Origin: Narcine bancroftii
Lineage: Eukaryota
Direction: 5' to 3'
Length of the DNA: 64,000 bases
Assembly: GCF_036971445.1 (NCBI RefSeq)
Contig: NC_091475.1
Location: 159,774,001-159,838,000 of the forward strand
Shown: piece by piece, positions 11,790 to 23,939 of the stretch
Layout of the letters: each line of letters opens with the position of its first letter
How positions within the stretch are numbered: position 1 is the stretch's first letter
The notes under the pieces: generated by a model
What the model was told of the DNA's origin: nothing
Database searches by the model: none
Seen by the model: only the letters and a program-made list of their open reading frames with translations
Program-made: the position numbers and the translations under genes

Positions 11790-12140
11790 AGTAGCATTCT
11801 CTCCAGAGAATGGGAACCTTCCTCTAGAGTTTAAAGAGTCCAGATTCAAGTCTCACTCAGAAGGATTAGGCACAGTATTTTACGTGCAGAAATTGGGGTA
11901 GTGCTGAGTGAGTGGCCTTTTTATTTGGAGACTAATTCTATTCTCTCATCACATGAAAAGATCCTGGAGCATAATCTTGAAGAAAATCCCATGTTCTGTC
12001 TATAATTTGTGTTTTTTGTGACTGAACAATTCTGTTCATTTTTATATTGTTGTTTGTTGGAGTGTACTGTGCTGTTGCATTTCCTATATCAATAAGGTGA
12101 AGGCTCTCCAAATGTATTTCATGGCCTGAAAAGCATCTTG
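11790..12140 (+). mobile_element. Ancient Deu-domain SINE remnant (SacSINE1/AmnSINE-like)
   Basis: GATTCAAGTCTCACTC (B-box-like), GTAGTGCTGAG, ATGAAAAGATCCTGGAGCA, ATTGTTGTTTGTTGGAGT...GTTGCATTTCCTATAT. Heavily diverged. Confidence 0.5.
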
Positions 12141-12656
12141 AGCTTGTGTAATATGCCTCATGGGGCAATTTTTTTCTTTGTGATAAATTCCAGATGTTCT
12201 TTCAACAGCACAAAGGCTTATCATAGCACGCATTTGTGAAACCCATGATCCATTTAAAGAGAAGAATTTCCTCAGATGATTTGCTTCTTTTTGTGAAAGT
12301 TTTTCCAAAAATGTTCATTCTTCATATTTGTCGAGATTCTCCTTTAGTGTCCTCACCTTACTGCTGACTGAAACATCGTATGAAATGGGGATTGTGAACA
12401 TATTTGCCTTCATTTTTATATCTTTTTCATATAAAAATTACAGTCTTAACCCAATAAACCAAAAACACCGCGATCAAAAATGTGAGCAATATAGAAAATG
12501 AGATGAAACTGACATGACAAATACTTCAGCAATGAAGCACATTTGGAATTTTGTGAAATTCTCAGTACAAACATAGTTGAAAGAAAATAGTGGGAAAGAA
12601 AATTATAAAAGTGAGACTAAGTTTTAAATGACTGAACTGTGAAATTGGAAGCAATA

Positions 12657-13865
12657 CAGTACAACTCCGTTTATCTGAAATGGTCAGGACCGGGCCTATG
12701 TCGGAGAAAAGTTTTTTTTTCAGAGAACAGGTAATTTTTTTAAAACAGGGCAGTAGCAACAGCAGATCACTTGTAACAGTATTTAAACAACAAGGGAAGA
12801 CTTTTAAAGCATTAAAATTATGTTTAATTCTCACCAATAAAATGCAGGCCACTGCCAATCACTGACATGAACCCAACTCCGCCGCTGATCATAGAGACCT
12901 CCCAACTGCCACCGCCGATCCCTGATACGTACATAGGAACATAGGAAGTAGGAACAGGAGTAGGCCAAAAATGGCCCATCGAGCCTGCTCCGCCATTCAA
13001 TATGATCATGGGTGACCTAACTCCACCTACCTGCCTTCTCCCCATATCCCTTAATTCCTCTATCATGTAAAAATTTTTCTAACCGAATTTTAAATATGTT
13101 TAATGAAGCAGCCTCCACCACTTCCCTGGTTAGAGAATTCCAAACATTCACTACTCTCTGGGAAAAACTATTTTTCCTCATCTCTGTCCTAAATCTACTC
13201 CCCCGTTTCTTGAGACTGCGTCCTCTCGTTTTAGGGTACCCACCACTGCTGCTGATAACCTGGGGAGGTTTCCCAGATCGCAGGAGCACTCACTGGCAAG
13301 TCAGCTGGCACTGGTCTCCCTGGTCACTGGAGCTTCCGACAAAGGGGTCCCAACTCCGAATCTTCCTCGGCCTATCCCACACGCACACTGGGGAGTGTGG
13401 TGTGCTTGGGTGGTAGTAGGTTGAGGGGAGGGTTTGGGGTCGGTGTCAGGAGCTCCACTGTGCCAAGGAAGGAAGGAAAGGAATGCCACTAATCCCAAGG
13501 TCCCACTCTTGCCCAGGAGGCCGCTCTCCTGGATGACGCTGGGACAAAGGATTCTTCCAACTGCTTGTGGCTGGGAGACACCAGCACACAGTTTGAGAGG
13601 GAGAGTTGGAGAGAAAAGTTAATAGAGGAAGGGAAAGATGGAATGGAAAGAGAGAGGAGGGAGTTAACTCAAATGAGGATAATCAGTCTAAATTCATAAT
13701 GAGTGATTTTTTTTTCAACCTGTGACGTCAGTTTGGTTCTGAAAAAAATTCAGATAAATGAGGATTTCTGATTTGATTCGGATATCCTCATTTATCTGAT
13801 TTTTTTTTTAAATTGGATAAATGAAGTTTCAGAGAATCTGATTTTGGATAATCAGAGTTGTACTG
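12657..13865. mobile_element. Tc1/mariner-pogo (Tigger-like) MITE with TA TSD
   Basis: TA|CAGTACAACTCCGTTTATCTGAAAT ... ATTTTGGATAATCAGAGTTGTACTG|TA. A CR1 tail is inserted inside it. Confidence 0.85.
12931..13233 (-). mobile_element. Young CR1 3' end inserted in the MITE
   Basis: KTRGRSLKKRGSRFRTEMRKNSFSQRVVNVWNSLTREVVEAASLNIFKIRLEKFL...GYGEKAGRWS*, followed by an intact 3' UTR and (ATAGGAAC)n tail. Confidence 0.92.
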
Positions 13866-15521
13866 TAATAATGCATGTTTTATCGAGCATGATCAACAGA
13901 ACCAAATCCTGCTGGCAATGGAAATATATTTCCAGTTATTTTGCAAAAAGTCACATTTAATTTTATTTTTGAATTATTGCACGTCTTTTTCTAATATAAC
14001 TGATTTTGATTCCTCAGACATCAAATGAAACCTGCTTAGAATTTTCAATGTCAGTAGAATCAACTTTAATTTTAACAAAACTACAGGTGCTTAGATTGGA
14101 CTAAACAAATAGAATTACAGCCTTCTGTTTTCTGCACATTTCTTGCCTCTGTGACTTATAGGTAATAAATTCAGATTAGGATGTTTTGTATTGTTGCTGA
14201 TCTCTGTTAGGCTTGACATAAAGTTGCACTATCACTTCATCCACATTCTGACAAGCAAAAGACCCAGCATTTGCAGTCTTGGGCAAAAGTCTCCCATGGC
14301 CAAAAGTCAAACGGAACAACTAATGCGAGTGTAATTGCTGCTGGTAGAATACTGTATTTAGGACAGGGAGTGAGTTGGGTGAAGGGGGGAAGTAAATTTC
14401 AGACCCAGAAAATTGCATCTCTGTTGAATTCATTTTTCACTGAAGTAATCTATTCCTCAGACAATGTTGGTTTGCTGGATTCACACTGCACAAATATAAT
14501 CTGTAGTATTCCCTATCTTTGAAGTAAACTTAAATGCAGGTCCAGGATGGAAATTAATTCTATAATAACCAATCATGGTCCTTACATTGCTTTGAAATAA
14601 ATACTATTAACACTAAACTGCTGAACTATGGTTGGGGAATTATTTACTGTCTTTCCAATTACTTCAGAATAATGGAAGGAGGATTTCGAAACCCATGCTT
14701 AACATCGGCAACAGTAACTTTGACCTTGATATGCCATGTGGGAGTGGTAATTCTGTGGCCAGTTTAACCTTTCAAGTTTTGCATCTTCCTAAGTTGCGAT
14801 AAACATGCACATGCATTGACACTAGTTATTTACCACCCTCCTTTGTTTGCACTCCAGGTTTTTTCTCAATAGGATTTCAAATTCACTACTGTTTAATGAT
14901 CGATTCCTCCATCAAATTATTTATTGCACAATTTTGTATCAGAAAATGTGCAACCTCTTGCAATTTTACCATGAGATCTTCCTGGAATCAGTTGTCTATT
15001 AACTGTAGAATTCTTTATCTTTCTAAATTATTTGAACATGGAAAATATTGTGCTCGATCTGATCTTTTAATAGCTTGAATGCTTTTATTCTGAGTCCTCC
15101 TGACTTTCATGACGCAGTAAGTGCAAAAGTTAATGAAACACTGACCCATTCCAGCCTCATTAGGCAGTGTTTCTCTTTAGTTCTGCTGGTAGCAGTGTGT
15201 TTGAAATATTAATGAAATAATTTCACAAATTGGTTGGCTTGTAAAGTTCAGCCAATGCAGTGAATTTGATATTTTTGTACAAATGCATCATGTGTAGTTT
15301 TATCAAATATTTACCATAGACTTGTGAAGCCAAGTATATAGAATCATTATTATCTCTCTTTTGTATTTATTATCTCTTTTTGTATGGTAATTTAATGTGT
15401 ACTATTGGAGTTTTTTCATCTACAAAGTACCAGTATGGCTGCAGAATGAATGAACTTTGGTACATACGTATATTATACGTGTGTACGTGTGTATGATAGC
15501 AAACTCATGATCACCATTATA

Positions 15522-15886
15522 CAGTAGAACTCTGGTTATCCGAAATTGGATTCTCCAAAATCCTCATTCATCCAAAGTTTTTTTGGAGCTGAACTGACCG
15601 GGGACTTTGGGCTGCCAGCAGCAGTGGGGACCTCGGGCTCCTGGCAGGAGCAGGGCCTCGGTGGGGATGTGTCGGTAATCGGCAGCGGCCAGCAATTTTT
15701 TGGTGAGAATTAAGCATTATTTTAATGCTAAAAAAACTTCCCCTGTTGTTTGTTGTTGTTTAAACACTGTTACAAGTGATTTGCTGTTGCTAGTGGGCTT
15801 TTAAAAAAAAAGATCCGTTCTTCAAAAAAAAGTGTTATCCAACATAGGCCAGGTCCTGACCACTTTGGATAATCGGATTTGTACTG
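15522..15886. mobile_element. Second, internally deleted copy of the same Tigger-like MITE, inverted relative to 12657-13865
   Basis: TA|CAGTAGAACTCTGGTTATCCGAAAT ... TTTGGATAATCGGATTTGTACTG. ACATAGGCCAGGTCCTGACCA is the near reverse complement of TGGTCAGGACCGGGCCTATGT at ~12681. Confidence 0.85.
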
Positions 15887-15959
15887 TTATAGGATCTTGG
15901 TGAGATAACATTTGGAGAACCGAGTTAATGTTCTTCTCCTTACTTAAAGAGTGGAGCAT

Positions 15960-16385
15960 AGATTCATTAGATGGGTTCTTAGGATGGCAGGTTTGCAGAG
16001 TGGATCAAATAGACTGGACCTATATTCATTGGAGTTCAGAAGAAGGAGAGGTTATCTAACAGCATTCTGATTGAATTCAACAGGGAGGATGAGAAAGCAG
16101 GAGCTGCAGCACAAATTATGGCATAGGCTATTTCAGACCAATACGAGGGGATATTTCTTTATTTAGAGCCAGGCAAATATTTGGAATACACTTCCCCAGA
16201 GGATTGTGGAGCCTCAGTCATTGATCTCATTCAAAATTGACATTGATATATTTCTGGATGTGAGAGGAATTAAGCAATATGGGGAGAGAGTCGGAAAGTG
16301 GTGCTGAGGCAGAAGATCAGCTGTAATCTTGATGAATGGCTGAGCAGACTTGAAAGGCCTGATGGCCGACTACTCTTTATTCTTT
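15960..16385 (+). mobile_element. Decayed CR1 3' end
   Basis: GACTGGACCTATATTCATTGGAGTTCAGAAGAAGGAGAGG...CCCCAGAGGATTGTGGAGCCTCAGTC...GAATGGCTGAGCAGACTTGAAAGGCCTGATGGCCGACT. Confidence 0.75.
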
Positions 16386-16869
16386 TCTTAAATTTTGAGA
16401 AAAGTAAGGATAAGTGGGAAGGTAACAGGCACATCACCAAATAAGACAATCAGAAGATTTTCCTGTCATTCCCTTCCATACTCTATGGTATCTCTATGTT
16501 TCCTACCACAATTACCTTGAGAGCTTGCACATTTTCTGAATTGGAATTGTCATATTAGTACCATAAATGGAAGTGCATGATCAAAGATATGAGCCTATGA
16601 AAATTGCCTCTCTTCTCAAAGCTTAAACAGCATCCAAAACAGTAAAATCCGCACTGTACTAAAATACTATCAACTTATAAATGATTGCAAGCATAACAAT
16701 GTCCAAGACCTGTTTTCTTCAGCCATTCACTTAAGGGATGATTAAATATCCATTCCCTCCCACATTAGATTGATTGATTGCTTGACTGTGCTATTTGTAG
16801 CAACAATGGTTTGAGGTTTATTAAGAATATCCTCTTGCATTTAAGTCACACCCAGACCCTTTAAGGATC

Positions 16870-17480
16870 ATGGGATTATCAACTTTCTTCAAAGAGGCCA
16901 ATGGAATTTGTAAGTAAAATCCAGCAACCACGGAGGTCTGTGCCAAAGATGGTGGTACCTGTGCTCGGCAGTGGCCATGAGGGATTGGCCATGTGGATTG
17001 CAGGGGGGGGGGGGGGAAAGGGAACCAGTGTAGGGCACCAGAAACAGGGAAAACACTCCCTGTTGAGAAGGAGAAGCAGAGGAGATGAACCTATAGGAAA
17101 GGTGACTATGGTGGCGCACTAATGAGGGCTCAGCAGCTAAGGGGTTCACACAGGCTGTGGGCGACGCAGTTAGGGGACTTGGATAGGCTGCAGGAGACAG
17201 GCTCATGTGGGTCAGGTGTCGGAGCCAGGATTTGAAAGGGTGCTGAGGGAAAAAGGGGCTCGGGTACTGATGGCTTCCTGATTGTATCAGAGGTTTGGTA
17301 TATGGGGCTCAGGTTGCCAATGAATGAAACAGGAGTCTGTGTGGCTGCAAAGGCTGCAGGAATACTGGAGGTGAATTCATGGATACCTAGTGACTCTGAA
17401 GGGACAATCCTTTGCTTTTCTTCTCTCTTACTTTTAGGAGATTAACGCAGAAAAGGCAATTACATGTAATGTAATGTTCT
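16870..17480 (+). mobile_element. Unclassified interspersed repeat (homologue of 1680-2600)
   Basis: Alignment described under 1680-2600. G-rich body ending in (TGTAA)n. Confidence 0.5.
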
Positions 17481-18444
17481 AGAAAGGAATCTTGAAGTAT
17501 TGATTGCTGAATAAAAGGTAAAATGATACTATTTACACTTTGATTTTGGAAGTTGCTGCAGACATTTTGGTTGGATGAGGAAATTAGAGGAAAAAAAAAG
17601 TCCAGGAAATGATCATTCATTTATAATGGTGTCTGAAAATTGTGGTTTTTTTTTTGCAATATTAGTTCTCTTAGAATTGGATTTTACCCTTTGAGTTGCA
17701 CTAATTCCACCAGTTTGACTCCAATCTATTCTGTGATAATCCCTCTGAAGATTACATGATATTTAGATGATATTGTGGTTGGTGGGGTGGGGGGGGGGGA
17801 ATAAATTCATCTAATCAAAAGCCATTGATGCTTCCATCCCCTGAGGGTTGTCTGATCTTAATGAACTTATAAGCCAAAAGACAACAGCAATCATTGTCCT
17901 GCCCAAAGGACTACTTCACCTGCTGTTAATTAACCTACCAGGCAATTGAGCTTGATGAGATTGTTATAGTTGAGGAGTATCTTGTACTGCAAGCATTGAA
18001 TTTGTGTTCTTCAACATTGGAATTCAGTGGTATTCCATTTCCTGAGAAGTAAGAATCTTTTAAGTGAACTTCTGAAGCAGATTTTCTGGAAATGTTAAGA
18101 AGTTGATACTCTTGCTATCTGTTGTTTTGAAAAGGGAAATAGCAATGACATTTGTCATAATATATCTTAAGCAACAACATGGTGACACATATTACAGGTT
18201 CATAATACAATTGCTCAATGGGTTGATAAAGAGAACCGATTTATTTTTAATCTTTTGTCTTTGAGAATCAGAGCACTGCTTAATTTTCTATTTGCTGGAG
18301 CTTTGGTTCCCAGCAGTGAGTTCAGTGCAGAGGTGGCAGGAAATGCTTCTTTTTGGTTTGGGTTCATATGGATTATGGAAGCTTCAAACTATGGATATTT
18401 AAACCTTAGTTCAGGTCATTTTGTTTACTTTCTGTAAATAAATA

Positions 18445-19038
18445 CAGAAATAGCCCGAATTATGATGTTCTGGCTTATGATTTTTCGGTTAAGATGATCA
18501 GAATCTGTTTTGAATAAAAGTAAGTTGAGGTCTACCTGTATCAACGCATTTGCTTTACCTTCTCTGAAGGAAATGCTTCCGTCCAATCAGCTCACTTGAA
18601 TCACTTCCCACCACAATGCCTAAACGTCATCATTTCGGTGCTCATCTTGTAGTGACATCAAAGAAACATACTTTGTTGGACCCAATGCTGTTTTAAAATA
18701 AAGGTGGTTTGGAATGCATGTGCAGATTGAAATTGCTGAGGAGGGAGAGAGAGCGACGGCAATATGCGCATGCGTTCCAAATCACAGTGTACTATAGGTT
18801 GCCAAGTGACGGCACTGCCCCTGGTTACCAGGTGCCATCTCGGGCTTCTGGCAGGAGCGGGGATGCTCTTGACAGGAGTTGGAACGTCGGGTCGCCCTCC
18901 TGGCAGGAGTATTGTTGTCAGCCTCCTGGCAGGAGCGGCTCAGAGCACTACCTGTACAGGTAGACCCTGACTTGCGATAATTTCACCTTATGATGTGAGT
19001 CTCAGAACCAAATTCCATGGTAAGTAGGGGTTTATCTG
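18445..19038. mobile_element. Tigger/pogo-like non-autonomous element with ~90-bp TIR-bounded modules at both ends
   Basis: The TIR CAGGTAGACC(T/C)(C/T)(A/G)ACTT(A/G)C occurs inverted at 18520-18538 and forward at 18957, with degenerate copies at 18445 and 19020-19038. Each is flanked by TA, and the palindrome CTACCTGTACAGGTAG lies at ~18948-18963. Confidence 0.65.
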
Positions 19039-19204
19039 TACTTAAAACACAATAAGAAATAGATATCTAATATTGGTTTTGTCTAAAAAAAACAAATGTA
19101 TGTCTATTTTCTCAAAGTTCATTTATTTCTCATTCGATTGTACCAGTAAAACCCTAATGCAAAACGTATGTACAGACTTAACACACATAGAGTCATACAC
19201 ACAG

Positions 19205-20640
19205 TGCAGATTTCAGATTAATTGTCAGAATATATAAATGACATCACACAACCCTGAGATTCCTTTTTCCTGTGGGTGTGGCAAAATCACCACTAATTGG
19301 TCATACAAAAAATAAACAATACACAGTGTTAAACATATTTTAAAAAAAAAAGAACTGTAAACAGATAATGAATGTAAACAAACTGCAATACAAAAAGAAA
19401 ATCAATAAAGTGCACAAGTAAGAATCCTTAAATGAGTCCCTGATTAAGGAGTCTGATGGCAGGGTGTTACTGAACCTGATGGTGTGAGTCTTGTGGCACC
19501 TAAACCTTTTTCCTGATGGCATCGGTAAGAACAGAGTGTGTGTTGGGTGGTGAGGGTCTTTGATGATTGCTGCTGCTCTCTGACGGCAGCGTTCCCTGTA
19601 GATGTGGCAGTAGTGGGGAGGGATTTACCTGTATAGTCCTGGGCTGTGACCACTACCTTTTGGAGGGGTTTACACTTAGGGGTATTGATGTTTCCATACC
19701 AAACTGATATGGTCAGCACATTTTCTGTAGAAATTTGCCAGGGTTTCTGGTGCTATACCAAACCTCCGCAAACTCCTGAGGAAGTAGAGGTGCTGATGTG
19801 CTCTCTTCATTATGCTATTTGTGTGTTGCATCCAAGAAAGTTCCTCTGAGATAGTGACTCCCAAGAACTGGCTCACCTTCTTCACCTCTGATCCCCCAAT
19901 GATCACTGGATTGAATACCTCTGGCTTTCCTTTCCTGAAGTCATCAATCAGCTCCTTAGTTTTGGTTGTTGTTGGTGCACCATTTAGCCAAGTTTTCAAT
20001 CTACAACCTGTATTCTGACTCGCCCCTTCCTTTATACAACCCTCTACCGAGGTATCATTGGCGAATTTGTAGATGGTGTTGTTGTCGTACTGAGCCCCAC
20101 AGTCATAGGTGTAAAGTGAGTGGAGCAGGGAGCTAAGAACACAGCCCTGTGGTGTTCCAGTACTGATGGAGATTGTGGAGGAGATGTTCTTACCAATCTT
20201 CATTGATTGTGGTCTGGAGGTGAAGAAATCCATGATCCAATTACACAGTGGGGTGTTAACTCCCAGGTCTTGCGTTTGCTGATTAATTTTGAGGGGATGA
20301 TTGTATTAAATGTCGATCTGAAGTCGATAACGAGCATCCTGATCTATGCATCTCTGCTCTCCAGGTGTTCCAGGTCTTTGTGTAGAGCCAGTTAGATGAC
20401 ATCTGCTATAGACCTGTTACAACGGTAGGCAATCTGAAATGTATCCACGTCACCACTCAGACAGGAGCTGAGATGCTTCATCGTCAGCCTTTCAAAACAA
20501 TTCATCATTGTTGATGTAAGGGCTACTAGCTGATAGTCATTAAGGAAGGATACTACACTCTTCTTGGATTGCATATGATTGATGTCTGTTTGAAACCGAT
20601 GGGTACCACACCCTGCTAGAGTGAGATGTTGAAGATGACT
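19205..20640 (-). mobile_element. Rex1/Babar non-LTR retrotransposon, RT C-terminal half plus 3' UTR (frameshifted)
   Basis: LNDYQLVALTSTMMNCFERL, DFFTSRPQSMKIG..SSTISISTGTPQGCVLSSLLHSLYTYDC...KFANDT, KRAHQHLYFLRSLRRFG...LANFYR, and an (AGATTTC)-type tail at ~19207. Confidence 0.9.
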
Positions 20641-20950
20641 TGGTAAGATGCACATGTACATTATTGAAATAAATATTTAAAAAAAAAAATAATAGTCACA
20701 GAAACTTGTCAAAGCAGTCATTCAGCAGTCTCACACAACATTTTTGGAAGAGACTAAAATGGAGATGGAGGGGCTAATCATACATTAACCTATACAGTCA
20801 GTGTATTCATCCAAATAAAAGATGTATTTGGTCTCCAAAACTGGAAGGAGAAAGGTGTACATGAGATTGATTGAAGCTATAGTGAGCAAAACCAAATTAA
20901 ACTTAGACTCATTAAATATGCCAAAAAACAATTTTTAATAGAATGGTTAG

Positions 20951-21584
20951 TGTTACAGGCCCAGAGGACCCCAAAATCCAGTAGCAATCGAAATTCACCA
21001 AGACAAATGGTTACTTAAACAAACGTTTACTTTTAATTTTACTTAAAAATAAAAACTGGATCAAACTTTAACTTATTATTTTAACTTTCACTTAACTTAT
21101 TAACTTTAACTTAACCCCCTTCTAATTCTAAGCACACGTATGTTATGTGTATATGTTTAGGAAAGTCCTTTGATGTACAGTCCAATCTCACTTCTCACTC
21201 CTCCAAGTTCACCGGTAACAGGCAATTCATGTTCTGTACATAGAATTTATCATTTATTAATTTCACCAGGCTTTGGTGCTTGAAAGGTAAATGGTTACCA
21301 CTCAGGAAGGTTCTTGTTGATTTTCAGAGAGATTTGTTGCTTGTTGGACACACACAAACTGATTCACTTCCATCAGTCACTTCAGTGTCTTGCCGAAGAA
21401 ACCTGCTCCATCATGGGTTTTCCAAATGATAACCTCTTCTTCCAGGTCTTGATTCCCTTATTTCAGGAGAAACACTCTTGCCAGCCATTTCCTCTTGTAA
21501 GGACCACAAGGGTTTTCACCAGGTTGAACTCAAAACTCACAATGGGGGTTTTCCATAACCTTTTGAAAAGCCACTGCAGAAGTC

Positions 21585-21631
<47 letters not shown>

Positions 21632-21966
21632 TATTTAGAGAAAGCCTGCTTGGTCTTTTCTCTCCTTTTACTTGCAAATCCACATGCCCCCCCCCCCACT
21701 CCCAAGGCTCCAGACCCAATCTTCTGAGCCTATTCATCTGTAGACCATTACTCCACAACACCTACTAGTGAAGTCTCCATGGGCATTCTTCAAAGGTTTT
21801 GCAAAATCACTGGTGTCTCAATGTCTCATTTTGAGCAAAGCTCTTCCATTTTAAATGAGATCTGTTTTAAGTGTTTGTGTTTAAGTGACCTACACTAAAC
21901 CCCCCACAATCTACGTCCTTTAAAAATATATTTAGAGATAATATAAAACATAATATACCCGTCACA
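20951..21966 (-). mobile_element. Solo LTR, same family as 10892-11650
   Basis: TGTTAC...GTCACA termini. CCAGAGGACCCCAAAA..CAGTAGCAAT is the reverse complement of 11612-11639, and AACTTAACCCCCTTCTAATTCTAAG matches 11482-11505. Flanks TTAG/GGAG form a degenerate TSD. An internal (CT)n lies at ~21589-21630. Confidence 0.85.
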
Positions 21967-22488
21967 GGAGAGATGTGCCAAAGCTGCAACATGTGAATTC
22001 CCTGCAATTAAATTCACAGTAAATATCAGAATACTGAAAAACTTTATCTTGTAGGATCATTTTCAGGCATTGCGATATGTCAGTGAGAGCAGAGCTTGCT
22101 GGATCCTTTTGACACAGGAGGCAGTCACACCCAATCTAATGTCTTTGGGTTTGTTATGGTTGGTCTGTTGTAAGTAAAGGAATACTTCAGGTAAGGGAAG
22201 AAAATTTGAACAACATTGTTCTACACTCTATATTCATGTTTGCTTCAGGAGGGTAGCCTATGAAGATCAGTTTGGCAAGCAAATTAATTATTATTTTCCT
22301 GAATTCCGCAATAAAAAAAGTACAAACATCACCACAATTTTAAAAAATGAACACACAAAATACTAACAAAAAACCCTTGATGCTTGAAGGAGTGATGGTT
22401 TCTCCAATAAATGGCTGGATATTTATGGGTACAATAGGACCATTTAGTGCAAAGACTGCATTTAAAGTGTCTATCTATGTGTGTGTGG

Positions 22489-22564
22489 TCCTTTCTATCA
22501 CAAGTGCTGGTTCTCCCAATGTTCCTTTCTATCACAAGTGCTGGTTCTCCCAATGTTCCTTTCT
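22489..22564. repeat. Perfect 34-bp tandem duplication (2.2 copies)
   Basis: TCCTTTCTATCACAAGTGCTGGTTCTCCCAATGT at 22489 and 22523, with TCCTTTCT again at 22557. Confidence 0.95.
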
Positions 22565-23179
22565 TTACAAAACCCCTTTGACTGAGTTTCCATGCCTAGA
22601 ACAAAGACACTTTACCACATCACCTTGGGCTTTTTGGGGAGGGAAATATTTTCTTTCATTTGTAGAGCCCTTCTAATGATGTTAAACAATTAAATAAGTA
22701 AGACTGCACCATCTGTTCCCATGCATTTTATCAGCTCTTCATTGAGAATAGCTAAACTTTTGATTTTTCAAACAAGAATCAGTAAAAGCCATTCAGATTT
22801 CTCCTGAGTTCTCAGATTTCTGTGTCTGTCATTGTGTTTCTGATTTTATTTTTGTTCATTAAAGTGCAAGCTTGTGATATCTGTTGCTCTGTGCTGATGC
22901 GACATGGGCTCAGCTGAGGTAAACAGGGATCACGATTTGTGATACAACAAGCTTCCAATCAACACAGTGTAGGCCGCTCACAATGTTCAGGCAGCCACCT
23001 TTCTGAATTGACCAGCAATAGTCACACCGCCTCAGCATGGGATGCAATTTCATGAATGATATCGCCAATTGAAGCTTGTAATTGAAGCTTGGACTAAGTC
23101 CAGCTGGCATTTCATTAAAGGGGTGTGCTTTGTGATTGCAGCAGGTGCTGTAATTCATTCCACAGGTCCTCAAAGCCTG

Positions 23180-23320
23180 AAGGAAACCACGAGCAAAAGA
23201 CAAACTACTGAAGGAACGTAGTGAGTCAGGCCCCATCTGTGGTGGTTAATGTTTTGGGTTGAGACCCGGCATCATGCCCTAATGCAGGGCCTCGACCCAA
23301 AATACCAAGCATGTGCTCTT
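23180..23320. mobile_element. Palindromic Penelope-derived remnant (two head-to-head PLE termini)
   Basis: TTTTGGGTTGAGACCCGGCATCA (23252-23274) versus TAATGCAGGGCCTCGACCCAAAA (23280-23302). Upstream CTGAAGGAAC..AGTGAGTCAGGCCCCATCTGTGG is a typical PLE end. Confidence 0.6.
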
Positions 23321-23939
23321 TATATGTAATACATTTTTTTTAAATATGTCTTTTAGTAATCTTCCTTTATCTCAAAGTGTATTGCTGCATATTTCTTTGA
23401 CCATATCACCATCCTGAAGGTTATAAGTCTTCTCTTTAATATTTACATTTTTACCAAGTGTTGTGTCATCCTGCTGCTGCTTCCATTGAGGTTTATTTCA
23501 AGGAGTCATGGATGTAATCAAACTGCAAACTATCTCCTAGTCAAGAAACGAGCATCAACCACTGCTATTTGCCTCCTGACACTGCCAGCTTCATCTCTGC
23601 ACTGCCATCTCCTTTTAATTCATAGTTTCCTTCCATTAAATAAGCCCCTTTGTGACACTTTGTTATTCACCTGACACATTCCTTTCTCTCTTGATCCTAT
23701 GAAAGAACTCATGATGCAGGATAAATCACAGAAAAAAAGAAACTGCTCTGTATTTTTGAAATATTTTTTAAAGATTGTCTCCGATAGGTAGCTGAACAGA
23801 AGAAATGGGCTCAATGGATTTATTAGTCCTGCTCTATAATGATGTACTATAAAACTATGTAACAAATAACATTAAATCATAACAAAGCTAGTATAATGTA
23901 TGTAGAATATATTTGGCATCTGAGAAGAGCATAGATTCT

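Noticed and set aside
19676-20233. Host gene such as ALKBH8 (DUF1891-like segment)
   Set aside because: The KRAHQHLYFLRSLRRF motif is the Rex1 RT C-terminal region. It is frameshifted and repeated at 35660-36050 and 58638-58930.
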